From an uncultured Spirochaetota bacterium (GTDB lineage: Bacteria; Spirochaetota; Spirochaetia; SZUA-6; Fen-1364), in contig CAWGAA010000001.1 of NCBI GenBank assembly GCA_963820525.1, forward strand, positions 928,001 to 992,000: DNA of 64,000 nucleotides, given 5' to 3'. The position numbers were made by a program, and so were the translations under genes. This document shows positions 9,488 through 18,989 of this stretch, one piece after another; positions within the stretch are counted from its first letter, which is position 1; every line of letters starts with the position of its first letter. The notes under the pieces are model-generated. The model was not told the origin of the DNA. It did not search any database and worked only from the letters and a program-made list of their open reading frames with translations.

Positions 9488-10968
9488 ATGCAGAATCTCG
9501 AGCAAAAAGGAAACCCATTATCCGTCGTATCGCCCTTCGCTTTGCTTGTTATCATCTCGGCTGCTGTCAAGCTCATCATTCACATTCTTACCGCTTCGAA
9601 TTACGGCTATTTCTGCGACGAGCTCTACGCCATCGCAATGAGCAAGCACCTGGCTTTCGGCTATGTCGACCTGCCGCCGCTTGCGCCCGCCCTGATCGCA
9701 TTAAGCCGCCTGCTATTCGGGGAGTCGCTCTTTGCAATCCATATCTTTCCGGCGTTGGCCGGGTCCGCAACCCTTGTCTTTGTCTGCCTTATCACACGGG
9801 AGCTCGGCGGCAAGCTGTTCGCAACCGGCCTGAGCGCGCTTGCATTCATCATAACCCCCTTCTGGCTCATCATGAATTCCTTTTTCGGCTACGACAGCAT
9901 CGACCAGCTCGTTCTGGCGATATTCCTCTTTGCGCTGGTACGGCTTATTCGGACCGAAAACAGGAAGCTCTGGATAGCCTTGGGCCTGATCGGGGGCATC
10001 GCATGCCTGACGAAAACGACAATTCTGTTTCTCGGGCCAGGTTTTATAATCGCATTGCTTTTTTCGAAGCTCCGAAAACATCTGCTCTCGCCCTGGCCCT
10101 GGCTGGCTTTGGGAACATTCCTGGTCGTCTCTATCGCGCATCAGTCCCGCAATATTTGCTCAACATCTTCATGACAATGAACCCGATTCTCTTTCCCCTG
10201 CTTCTCATTGGACTGTACCGAATCTTCAGACCCATTGGCGACAGGAATTACGGCTTCTTTGGCATCATGTTCCTGACAACGCTGGTTTTCCTGTTCTCCT
10301 TGAAGGCCAAATGCTTCATGCTCATGGAGCTTTTTATGCCCATTATCGCCGTGGGGTCGGTGTTTGTCGAAGACAAGCTTTCCGGATCGGGCTGGAAGAA
10401 AACGATGAGAATCGCCGCTCTTTCATGCCTCCTGGCCGCAGGCGTCATAGTCGCGCCTTCAGCCTTGCCTATGCTGCCGCCGAACCTTTTGACATCGTAT
10501 GCCAATGTATTCGGGTTCCTCTACAAGTCCGTCAAGAACGACAGCCATCCCAAGACCGACTTTCCCCAGGAGTTCGCGAACAGGTTCGGCTGGGATAATC
10601 TGGTCAGGACCGTTGCCGGGGTATATGACGGACTCCCCCAGGGAGAAAAAGAAAAATGCGGGATTTGGGCGGATTGGTTCGGCCCTGCGGGAGCCATTGA
10701 CTTGTTCGGCCCTCGCTACGGGCTTCCCCATGCGGTGAGCGGGAACTTGACCTATTATCTGTGGGGGCCGGGAAAATCATGGGATGTGATGATATTCGTC
10801 ACCAGCGCCCCTACCGTATTCATACCTTACTTTCAAGACGTACAATACGCAACGACCGTGGTGAGCGAATATACGATGCCCTATAATACGAACCTTCCGG
10901 TCTATGTGATGCGGAAACCAAGAATGTCTGCGGACAAAATATGGCCGAGATTGAAATATTATAATTGA
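9488..10968 (+). pseudogene. Second GT39 paralog, split by a deletion and frameshift near 10130
   Basis: The 9488 frame matches the paralog N-half (YGYFCDELY, LAFGYVDLPPL); the 10003 frame matches the C-half (ANRFGW, FGPAGAID, YYLWGP); roughly 20 residues present in the paralog are missing at the junction. Confidence 0.8.
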
Positions 10969-11375
10969 AGGAGGCGCTCACTTTGTCTGTTCGTTGGGCG
11001 GCCCCGATAGCAGGTCAGATTGCGAAGTTCATCCTGGTGGGGGTGGCGAACACGCTCCTCACCCTCGGGACGATCTTTCTCCTGTCCGGCGTGGCCCACG
11101 CCGACTACCGGCTCGCCAACGGTGTCGGCTACATCATTGGGCTCATGAACTCGTTCCTTCTCAACCGGTGGTGGACTTTCAAGAGCCGCGGCGCCGTGCC
11201 CCTCCAGATGGCGAAGTTCTTTTTGGTGTTCGGCTTCTGCTACGCCGTTCAATTCGGTATGCTCGTGCTGATGGTCGATCGGCTTGCCGTAAGCTCCGCA
11301 CTTTCGCAGGTCGCGGCGATGGCGGTGTACACCTCCATCAGTTATCTGCTCAACAAGCATATCGTATACAGGTGA
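10965..11375 (+). CDS. GtrA-family flippase for polyprenyl-P-sugar
   Basis: KFILVGVANT, NSFLLNRWWTF, four TM segments. Confidence 0.9.
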   Translation: MKEALTLSVRWAAPIAGQIAKFILVGVANTLLTLGTIFLLSGVAHADYRLANGVGYIIGLMNSFLLNRWWTFKSRGAVPLQMAKFFLVFGFCYAVQFGMLVLMVDRLAVSSALSQVAAMAVYTSISYLLNKHIVYR

Positions 11376-11381
11376 TCGGAC

Positions 11382-12368
11382 ATGAGAAAACTGAGCGTCA
11401 TTATTCCGTGCTACGATGAAGAGTCGGTGATCTCAGAGACATACAAAAGGCTGTCCACGGTTTTCCAAGAAAGACCCTACCCCGTGGAGCTGATCTTTAT
11501 CGATGATGGAAGCAGAGACCGGACACCGAGCATTCTCAAAGAGATAGCGGGAAAAGACCCGACGGTCCGCATCGTCTGCTTTTCCAGGAATTTCGGACAC
11601 CAGGCTGCCGTCGCGGCGGGACTTCGTTACTGCGCCGGAACGGAAGCCGCAGTTATCGACGCCGATCTGCAGGATCCTCCGGAAGCAATCCCCAAGATGC
11701 TGGAGCTCATGGACAGGGAATGCTGCAATGTCGTCTATGGGCAGAGAATCCAGCGAAAGGGCGAGGGATTACTGAAAAGGCTGACGGCGCGCGCGTACTA
11801 CAAGACTTTGAACTTTTTCTCCGATGTCAAGTTTCCCCTGGACACGGGAGACTTTCGCATCATGGACCGGAAAGTGATCGACGTGCTCAACGGCATGCCG
11901 GAGAGGAACAAGTACATACGTGGCCTGATCGGATGGATCGGCTTCAAGCAGGCCCCGTACAAGTATGTCAGAGACCCCAGATTTGCGGGTGCAACAAAGT
12001 ATTCTGTGGCCAAGATGATCAAGCTTGCAAAGGACGGGCTGTTCTCGTTTTCGCGCAAGCCGCTTCGGCTTGCGGTGCGGCTGGGACTGCTCAGCGTGCT
12101 GGTCGCGCTGTCCCTCGCGGTCTGGGCAATCGTCAGAAGGCTGCTTTCCGTTGAAGAAACAATTCCGGGGTGGGCTTCCACGGTAGCGATCGTCGTATTC
12201 CTGGGCGGCGTGCAACTGCTGTCCATTGGCGTTCTGGGCGAATATATCGGAAGCATATTCGACGAGAGCAAGCGCCGCCCCGACTATGTCGTTTCAGAAC
12301 TGGTGAACATGGACCGGGAGGAATGTCGATCCCCGTCAAAGGACGTCAAGAGCCGACGCGCCCATTGA
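11382..12368 (+). CDS. GT2 polyprenyl-phosphate glycosyltransferase (GtrB/DPM-synthase-like)
   Basis: IDDGSRD, FSRNFGHQAA, DADLQDPP, TGDFRIMDR, two C-terminal TM segments, LGEYIG. Confidence 0.92.
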   Translation: MRKLSVIIPCYDEESVISETYKRLSTVFQERPYPVELIFIDDGSRDRTPSILKEIAGKDPTVRIVCFSRNFGHQAAVAAGLRYCAGTEAAVIDADLQDPPEAIPKMLELMDRECCNVVYGQRIQRKGEGLLKRLTARAYYKTLNFFSDVKFPLDTGDFRIMDRKVIDVLNGMPERNKYIRGLIGWIGFKQAPYKYVRDPRFAGATKYSVAKMIKLAKDGLFSFSRKPLRLAVRLGLLSVLVALSLAVWAIVRRLLSVEETIPGWASTVAIVVFLGGVQLLSIGVLGEYIGSIFDESKRRPDYVVSELVNMDREECRSPSKDVKSRRAH

Positions 12369-15300
12369 GCGCAAAGCGCAGGTACGGCACGACCGCGTCG
12401 TTTCTGTACTGGCCGGTTCCGTCATAGGTGATGCTCACCACGGGCACGCCCGTCAATCTTTCGATGTCGGATGCCATTGCCTCCGTGACCAGGGACGGGC
12501 AGCAGAACGCGGGGCTTGCCTGCACGAAAAGGGCCAGATCCGGGTGCGAAGCGGCGAGATACAAGACCTTCAATAAATTATCCAGCGATTCCCCCGCGTG
12601 CTCGTCGCGAACGCCGAACTTCCTCAGCATCCGCTCTTCTCCGCGAGGACCCACGGCGTGTTCTTCACCCAACAAACCCCGAAAGCGCGCCCGATAGCCG
12701 CGGCTCAAGGCTGTGGCTGCCACCCAGAGCGCCCTGTACTTGACCAGGTCCACGAACTTGCGCTCCTTGCGCCACCTGCGCAAGTAGGACCCCAGGACAA
12801 TAGCTATATATTCCGTGTACGGAGTCGTGAGCGCCTCTCCGCCCGCCTCTTCGATGGCGCGAATGAGGTCCTGATTCATCACGTCGTTATCCCGCACGTA
12901 CAAGTCGCCGAAGATGGCCGCCTTTGGCCGGGGCTTCGCATCCAGCGGGATATCCGCGAACAAAGCGACAACGGCATCGAGCGCATCACGGCGGGACGCG
13001 GCGCCCTCGAACGCGGGCACGAGGATCTCCAAGGCCCGGCGGGCCGCGCGATCGGCAGCCCCGCGCTCCCGCTCATAGGGGCGGATCCGGCAGCAGACCC
13101 GGCGCAGCAATCCGCCCACGAGGTAAGCGCGGTAGGCGTTCAGCGTGGCGCGGGCCGAGATTTCGATGTGGGATATATCCCCGGTGTAGACCTCGGCCTT
13201 CTCCATGCCCCCTCCGTGTGCCTCGAGGAGGCTCTTGATGAAGAACGGAAACATCCCCAGGTTGCAGGAGATGCCGGATCGGATCATCCAAAGCGCGGTC
13301 CTGGACGGGTCCAGAGCGTGCGTCTCGATATAATCCATGAACTCCTGCGCGATGATGTTCAAGGGAAGGCACTGACCGGTATTGTGGCGCATGGCTTTGC
13401 GGATGACCACGGGGTCCTCGCTCAAGGCGTGCGCGTCGATACCCTCGCGTCTCAGGTTCGCGGCGAGCAGCGGGGCAACCATGGGGTCCCACGTGGGCAG
13501 GAGAAGTGTCTTGCCCGTAAGCGCCGTGCCGACGCGCGGTACGATGGGAAGGGCCCTTGGCTGCTCTTTACCCGGCCCGCCCGCGCGGGGCTGCATGGAG
13601 CCGTGGAGATGGCTGCGGAACGAGGCGACTCCGGCCTCGATCCTGGTCCGGTAGCCCACCGTGGAATCGTGGTCGTCGAGCTGGAGCACCAGGTAGGGCT
13701 TGCCGCAGGAATCAAGGATACGCTTGAAGTACTCCAAGGCGAAGCTGTCGGGCGAGCACTTGAACGACGTGACGTACACCGGATAGAGGCCGGGTGTCTT
13801 TGCGGCAACCGCGGCCGCCTCGAGAGCCCGCGCAGCGTAATACCATTGAAAGGCACCCAACAGGGGCGCGATGTCGGCCACGTCAGCCCATGTGTAGGTA
13901 AGCATGTCCTGGGAGAACGCCTTTATCCCCAGAGAGCCGAAGATCTCCGCGATGCCCTTGCCCGCTTCCGGAGAGAGGATCGTGTATGGCCGTCCGATTA
14001 AAAGCGCGCGGGGCTCGCCGTCCGGCTTCATCTCCTCAAAGAACCGCTGCCGCAAATGCCGGATGCTTCTATGATGGTATTCGAGGGCATCCTCGAAAGC
14101 GCGCGATACATCCCCATAGGTCAGGCGGGAGGGATGGATTGCGGAAAGCGCCTGGAAGAGCTCCCGCTTCGTGCGGCCTTTCCCTTTCGTGAAGCTCACC
14201 AGCGGAGAGATGCACCGCTCTCGCACATCTCCGTCTTCGATGCCTGAAGCCAGCGCCGCCGAGAACTGGGTGTAGTAGCAATAGGAGCGCAGCGCCTTGG
14301 ATCCGCGGTCTTTTTCTTCAATGGCCACTGGCAGGAAGACGAAGTCCGCCTTGGTCATGAGATGTCTCACGTGCCCGTGCAGGGCGGCGAGCGGCGCGCA
14401 GAACTCCGCGCCCTGCACTTCCCGCCCGCGCTCGATGCCTTGGGAGAACCCCTCGGAGGTGATGAAGGGAATTGAAAGAGAAGAGAAAAAGCGCTTCCAC
14501 AACGCAAGATGCTCGTACAGGCTGAGTGCCGCGGGAATGCCGATGACGGGGCCGCTGAATGCGCGGCCATTTGGTGCGGGGCCGTCGGGAGCGCGGGCTT
14601 TTGCGGGGCCGCTCGGTCCGCGGCCACGTTCTGCGCCGCTGCTGTCCGTGCGGCCTCCGCGAATATGGCCGCGTGCGGCCTGACCGGGTGCGGCAGCCGC
14701 CGCGGTAAATGCTCTTTTCCTCTCCTTTTGAAGATCGAAGCCGCTTACGTTGCCGTCCACGTAGCGTTCTGAGTCGTAATCCCGGCCGCAGAGAAATCCA
14801 TATGCCACGGTCTGTCCATCCACCGTCGCGATGCTCAGGCGGCAATGATTGGCGCACAAGCTGCAGGTCTCCGCGCGCAGCGGAATGTCGTCCCGAAGGG
14901 CTTTCAAGCCGCGGAACCTGGAAGACACAAGGCCTTGCTCGCGGAGGAGCAGAGCGGCGCCGATGGCGCCGGTCAGGTGGCAGTAGCGGGAAACCGACAC
15001 CGGCTTGCCCAGTCCCTGGCGGAACGCCGCGACGAGCGCCCTGTTGCGCGCCGTGGCTCCCTGGAAGCAGATCCGCCGCCCGATCGTGGCTCCCCGTGCC
15101 ACTTTCTGCATATAGTTTTCGCGAACGCTGAAAAGGGCCGCGGCCAGGATCTCTTCGGCAGAGAATCCCTGCCCGAGAAAGTTGTTGATGTCCCTCTCCA
15201 TGAAGACGGCACACCTGTCGCTGGCCAGGGGCGCTCTTACCCCCCTGACCCTCTCGGCATACGCGTCCAGATCGCATTCCAGCCGCGCAGCCTGCTCCTC

Positions 15301-16761
15301 CAGGAAGCTGCCGGTGCCGGCGGCGCAGACCGTGTTCATGTGGGAGAAGGTCACCATGCCGTCCTTCATGGTCGTGAACTTCGCGTCCTGCCCCCCGATC
15401 TCAATGATCGTGTCCACCAGCGGATCCAGCGCGTACGCCGCCTTGGCGTGCGCGGTGATCTCGTTCACGATGAGGTCGGCCCCGACAATCGAGCCGATGA
15501 ACGATCTGCCGGCTCCCGTGGCAGCCACGCCGAGAAAGCTCAAAGGTTGCCCCTCATGCGTTTCGAAGTCTGCAATCGCCTCCGAGATGGCCTGGACCGC
15601 GCTCAGAGGCGAGCCAAGCGTTCGGGTGTAGAACCCGGCCAGAGGCTCTTCAGCCCGGTCCATGAGCACGGCCTTCGTGCTTGTGGAGCCGATGTCGATT
15701 CCCAAGAAGACGCCTGAGTCCCCTGGGGCCATGACGCGATACACGTCCACTTCTATGGGATGAATGCGGGAAAACCTCCCGGACTGGAAAACAAAGCGCC
15801 GTTCGCCGTCGGAGCCCTGCATGTCCGCATTGTCCAGATCCAGCGGGGCGAAGAAGTACTGCTTTCCGCCCTCCTGAGGCAGCAGCAGCTCCTTCGGGGA
15901 TACGGCTCCAAGCTCGATCGGCTCGGCACAACCATCTTCCAGCAGATTGAGGCAGGCGCCGATGGCGCCGAACACGGGCGCAAGCTCGTGGGTGACAACG
16001 CGTACGCCGAGGATCTCTTCCAGGTGCGCGAGCACGGCGCCGTTGCGCGAAACCCCTCCGGCGAACACGACGGGCTCCCGCGGAGCCTCTCCGCCGAGGA
16101 GGGTATCAGCGATGTTCTGTGCAAGTCCCCTGCACAATCCCGCGCAGATCTCTTCTATAGAATAGCCGGACTGCTGGGCATGAACGAGATCGGTGCGGGC
16201 AAAGACCGCGCATCGGGTCGATATCTTGGGTGGAGTGCCGGAGCAGCCGAGCGCCGCTTTGCACAGCTCCGCCGTCCCCGGGAATCCGAGACGACGCGCC
16301 TGCTGGTCAAGGAAACTGCCCGTCCCCGCCGCGCAGGACGTGTTGGATCTGGTTCCGCGATACCTTCCCTGCCCGTCGAACCTTATGAGCCCGAACTTCT
16401 CTCCGCCCACGAAAAGTATCGATCCCGGCTGCCCCAGGAGCTTCCGAACGGACGAGATGAGACAGATCTGCGGATCGAAAGACCGGACCAAAGGGATCAG
16501 CCGGGGACCCGATGAGGTGCACGCGACTGCAGAGCGGATAGGGCCGAGCTCTGAAATGACGGATGCCAGTGTCTCGGCCACCCGCCCCCGGTGCGGTAGG
16601 TGCGCGGTGCGCAGAACCTCTTTCTCGCTGTTCATGAGCGCGCATGAGATGGAGACCGAACCGATGTCTAGCCCAAGCGCGAGGAGGCTCGTCAAGCCGG
16701 CGGATTTCAGCTCCGGCTGATCGACCCGCACTGCCTTAGGGTCTGAGGTGGCATAGCTCAC
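12346..16761 (-). CDS. Multidomain 2-hydroxyacyl-CoA dehydratase activase-like protein (2x BadF/BadG ATPase plus DUF2229 and HGD-D-like domains)
   Basis: GLDIGSVS and GIDIGSTSTK, two CAAGTGSF, two RCAVF, EIGGQDAK, CSLCANHC, EFCAP, FKCSPDSF, FCCPSLVT. Confidence 0.9.
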   Translation of the reverse strand: MSYATSDPKAVRVDQPELKSAGLTSLLALGLDIGSVSISCALMNSEKEVLRTAHLPHRGRVAETLASVISELGPIRSAVACTSSGPRLIPLVRSFDPQICLISSVRKLLGQPGSILFVGGEKFGLIRFDGQGRYRGTRSNTSCAAGTGSFLDQQARRLGFPGTAELCKAALGCSGTPPKISTRCAVFARTDLVHAQQSGYSIEEICAGLCRGLAQNIADTLLGGEAPREPVVFAGGVSRNGAVLAHLEEILGVRVVTHELAPVFGAIGACLNLLEDGCAEPIELGAVSPKELLLPQEGGKQYFFAPLDLDNADMQGSDGERRFVFQSGRFSRIHPIEVDVYRVMAPGDSGVFLGIDIGSTSTKAVLMDRAEEPLAGFYTRTLGSPLSAVQAISEAIADFETHEGQPLSFLGVAATGAGRSFIGSIVGADLIVNEITAHAKAAYALDPLVDTIIEIGGQDAKFTTMKDGMVTFSHMNTVCAAGTGSFLEEQAARLECDLDAYAERVRGVRAPLASDRCAVFMERDINNFLGQGFSAEEILAAALFSVRENYMQKVARGATIGRRICFQGATARNRALVAAFRQGLGKPVSVSRYCHLTGAIGAALLLREQGLVSSRFRGLKALRDDIPLRAETCSLCANHCRLSIATVDGQTVAYGFLCGRDYDSERYVDGNVSGFDLQKERKRAFTAAAAAPGQAARGHIRGGRTDSSGAERGRGPSGPAKARAPDGPAPNGRAFSGPVIGIPAALSLYEHLALWKRFFSSLSIPFITSEGFSQGIERGREVQGAEFCAPLAALHGHVRHLMTKADFVFLPVAIEEKDRGSKALRSYCYYTQFSAALASGIEDGDVRERCISPLVSFTKGKGRTKRELFQALSAIHPSRLTYGDVSRAFEDALEYHHRSIRHLRQRFFEEMKPDGEPRALLIGRPYTILSPEAGKGIAEIFGSLGIKAFSQDMLTYTWADVADIAPLLGAFQWYYAARALEAAAVAAKTPGLYPVYVTSFKCSPDSFALEYFKRILDSCGKPYLVLQLDDHDSTVGYRTRIEAGVASFRSHLHGSMQPRAGGPGKEQPRALPIVPRVGTALTGKTLLLPTWDPMVAPLLAANLRREGIDAHALSEDPVVIRKAMRHNTGQCLPLNIIAQEFMDYIETHALDPSRTALWMIRSGISCNLGMFPFFIKSLLEAHGGGMEKAEVYTGDISHIEISARATLNAYRAYLVGGLLRRVCCRIRPYERERGAADRAARRALEILVPAFEGAASRRDALDAVVALFADIPLDAKPRPKAAIFGDLYVRDNDVMNQDLIRAIEEAGGEALTTPYTEYIAIVLGSYLRRWRKERKFVDLVKYRALWVAATALSRGYRARFRGLLGEEHAVGPRGEERMLRKFGVRDEHAGESLDNLLKVLYLAASHPDLALFVQASPAFCCPSLVTEAMASDIERLTGVPVVSITYDGTGQYRNDAVVPYLRFALNGRVGS

Positions 16762-16821
16762 GTCTGTCGACCGCCTTCAGATAAGTGTAGCGAGATCCGT
16801 CGGCCCCGGCTACCATTCGTC

Positions 16822-17030
16822 TCAGCGTATGATGCGTATGCGGTATCCCACGCCGGGCTCGGTCATGAGGATTTCCGGCCGGGAGGGGTCGCATTCGATC
16901 TTCTTGCGCAGGCTGCCGACATAGACCCGCAGGTAGTGGCTTTCTTCCTCCATGTTGGGCCCCCCACACTTCCCGCAGAATCTGGCGGTGAGTGACGATC
17001 TTGCCGGCGTGCTGGACAAGCAGCCCAAGG
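16822..17030 (-). pseudogene. Remnant of a KdpE/OmpR-type response regulator (winged helix only, frameshifted)
   Basis: LLVQHAGKIVTHRQILREVWG in one frame, continuing as PNMEEESHYLRVYVGSLRKKIECDPSRPEILMTEPGVGYR in another; the shift lies in a G run near 16960; no receiver domain. Confidence 0.85.
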
Positions 17031-17064
17031 GAGTCATGGGGCCACGCCGAATCCCCGACAGATA

Positions 17065-18141
17065 TCAATTCCCGCTGACTTTCAGACCTGGGCCCGGCCA
17101 GACCAGTTGAATCCCCCGGAGTACGGTGTTCAGGAACTCGACACGGCCCCGCGCTTTTCCCGCTCCTGTCACGAGCAGGGACAGGAAGTTATCGAAGATG
17201 AAGCTGTCCTCGACGCGAATATCGATGTCAGGTGAGCTCTGGTCCAGCGAATGCAGATTGACCAGGACACCGGCCCCGGCATTGGCACGAATGATGCAGT
17301 TTTTCAGCGTGCACCGAAGGATTCTCTCGTCGGCGTAGTTCGGCTCGAAATCGATCCCGGCGCTCGGCAGCGTGCCTTCCGTGAATGACATTTCCACGTT
17401 CTCGATGCGCAGGTCCTGCGCGGAGATAACGCTGATCCCCTGCCGGTGATGATTCTTCAGGAGAAGATCTTTCAGGATGACATCACTGTTGTAGGATTGA
17501 AGGCTCCCGCGCCCGAGATACACTCCGTCGCCCCCGGAGGCATCGACACTGAGCCCGAGCACGGAGACGCGCGCGCACCCGTAGAGCTCAATCGCGTGTC
17601 TCCACTCCGATTTTTCGTACGGCGCTTTGCGGTAGTCGTCCTTGCGCATCGCAAGCCGCGCGCCATAGCCGTAGAGAGCGACATCCTCAGCGTCTTTCAG
17701 GCCAAGCAGGGAATCATCCCCGCGCCGAAACGCGCCGCTTTTTGCAAGTATTTCAGCTCCCTCCTGCAGGATGATCGTGGTGTGACTGCGAAGCGACAAC
17801 GGCTGCGTGATCCATGGCTTACCCATATCGGGGATGAGGATGACCCTCGCGCCGGAATCGAGGCAGGCCTGGAGGCTCGATGTCGAATCATCCTCCTTGA
17901 AGCTCCACCAGGCCGCGCTCACGCTGTCCCTCAGGCCTGCACGGAAATCCGCGGCAGCTTGAGCGTCGCTTCTGACATCGGTTCCCGTAAAATTGTCCTG
18001 GACAAGCTGACGCTGCAGTTGGAGGCCCGGGGGGTCCGGCCTCTCCACTTTCGGGGCAACCGAGCCGCAGCTTGAAAAAAGAAGCGAACACACAATCGAG
18101 ATGAGAAAAAAAATCGTTGCTTTGGGTGGCGCTGCCGGCAT
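17065..18141 (-). CDS. Right-handed beta-helix (pectin lyase-like) lipoprotein
   Basis: Lipobox-like LFSSC; DDSTSSLQACLDSGA, SGGDGVYLG, NHHRQGISVIS, SAGIDFEPN; alternative start at 18219. Confidence 0.8.
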   Translation of the reverse strand: MPAAPPKATIFFLISIVCSLLFSSCGSVAPKVERPDPPGLQLQRQLVQDNFTGTDVRSDAQAAADFRAGLRDSVSAAWWSFKEDDSTSSLQACLDSGARVILIPDMGKPWITQPLSLRSHTTIILQEGAEILAKSGAFRRGDDSLLGLKDAEDVALYGYGARLAMRKDDYRKAPYEKSEWRHAIELYGCARVSVLGLSVDASGGDGVYLGRGSLQSYNSDVILKDLLLKNHHRQGISVISAQDLRIENVEMSFTEGTLPSAGIDFEPNYADERILRCTLKNCIIRANAGAGVLVNLHSLDQSSPDIDIRVEDSFIFDNFLSLLVTGAGKARGRVEFLNTVLRGIQLVWPGPGLKVSGN

Positions 18142-18386
18142 CTTCCTGATCCACGGCTGGATTTCGTGCTCGCTGTACGGCAGCGATTTCATGCACGATT
18201 CGTTTAGCCAGGGGGACATTCCTCCATATTGGAATGCGAGTCAAGAGCACAATGCCGCTGTCGTCCTTTCCCGGTGCATGGCCTCCCTCGGGCGGGTTCC
18301 GGATCTTGGCCCCTCTTTTTTACGGCGCCCTCCTGTACATGCAGCTGCTTTTTTATATCAGGCTGCCGCGTCAACGGTGTGAAGTC

Positions 18387-18689
18387 TCACCCCTCCATGA
18401 GCCTCTGGAGGAGCCTCTTCGCCTCGTCCAGACCCCTCATGAACCTGGCCCGCTCATCTTCCCGAAGCGGTGCTTCCTTGGGCAGGCCGCTCCTTTTCGA
18501 GAAGTCGAAAAACCCGATCCTTTGGAACCTGCCGAATTGTTCGGAGCTTCGGCCGAAGAGCTCCTCGAGCTTCTTCTCTGTCTTCTTCTTCCATTCCATG
18601 AACTTCGATTCTTCGGGGTTGCGGGACCGAAGTTTCTCCAGCTCGCTCACAAGATCACTCAGTTTGGATCGTTCCTCCACCTTCAGCAT
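18387..18689 (-). CDS. Small charged helical hypothetical protein (100 aa)
   Basis: SD GGGAGG and a consensus TATAAT box (18706-18711, minus strand) upstream; amphipathic helical composition. Confidence 0.75.
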   Translation of the reverse strand: MLKVEERSKLSDLVSELEKLRSRNPEESKFMEWKKKTEKKLEELFGRSSEQFGRFQRIGFFDFSKRSGLPKEAPLREDERARFMRGLDEAKRLLQRLMEG

Positions 18690-18896
18690 GGCGCCCTCCC
18701 TCTTGATTATACATACGGGAAGGACTGGAGGTGAAGAGATCTGCGCCGGATGGCATGGTCGCAACAATCGCCCGTAGATCGAAAACAGCCGGCTAACAAC
18801 AGGAGCATGGCAAAAGGCGGGGCGCCAGCGGTGCACGCAGCCCGCGAGGTTTCCCGCATGGGGAGATTTGGGTCCCGGGGCTGGGGATAAACGGGC

Positions 18897-18922
18897 GCCG
18901 GGCCCCCCACCCCGGCCTTTTT
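18897..18922 (+). terminator. Putative intrinsic terminator
   Basis: GCCGGG-8 nt loop-CCCGGC followed by CTTTTT. Confidence 0.5.
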
Positions 18923-18942
18923 CAATCTTTGAGCTTTTGGTG

Positions 18943-18989
18943 TTGCTTTATGAAACAAAAAGAACTATAGTGTTCAAGGATTGAACACT
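18943..18989 (+). promoter_or_regulatory. Sigma70 promoter overlapped by a perfect palindromic operator
   Basis: -35 TTGCTT at 18943-18948, 17 bp spacer, -10 TATAGT at 18966-18971; inverted repeat AGTGTTCAA-gga-TTGAACACT at 18969-18989. Confidence 0.8.
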
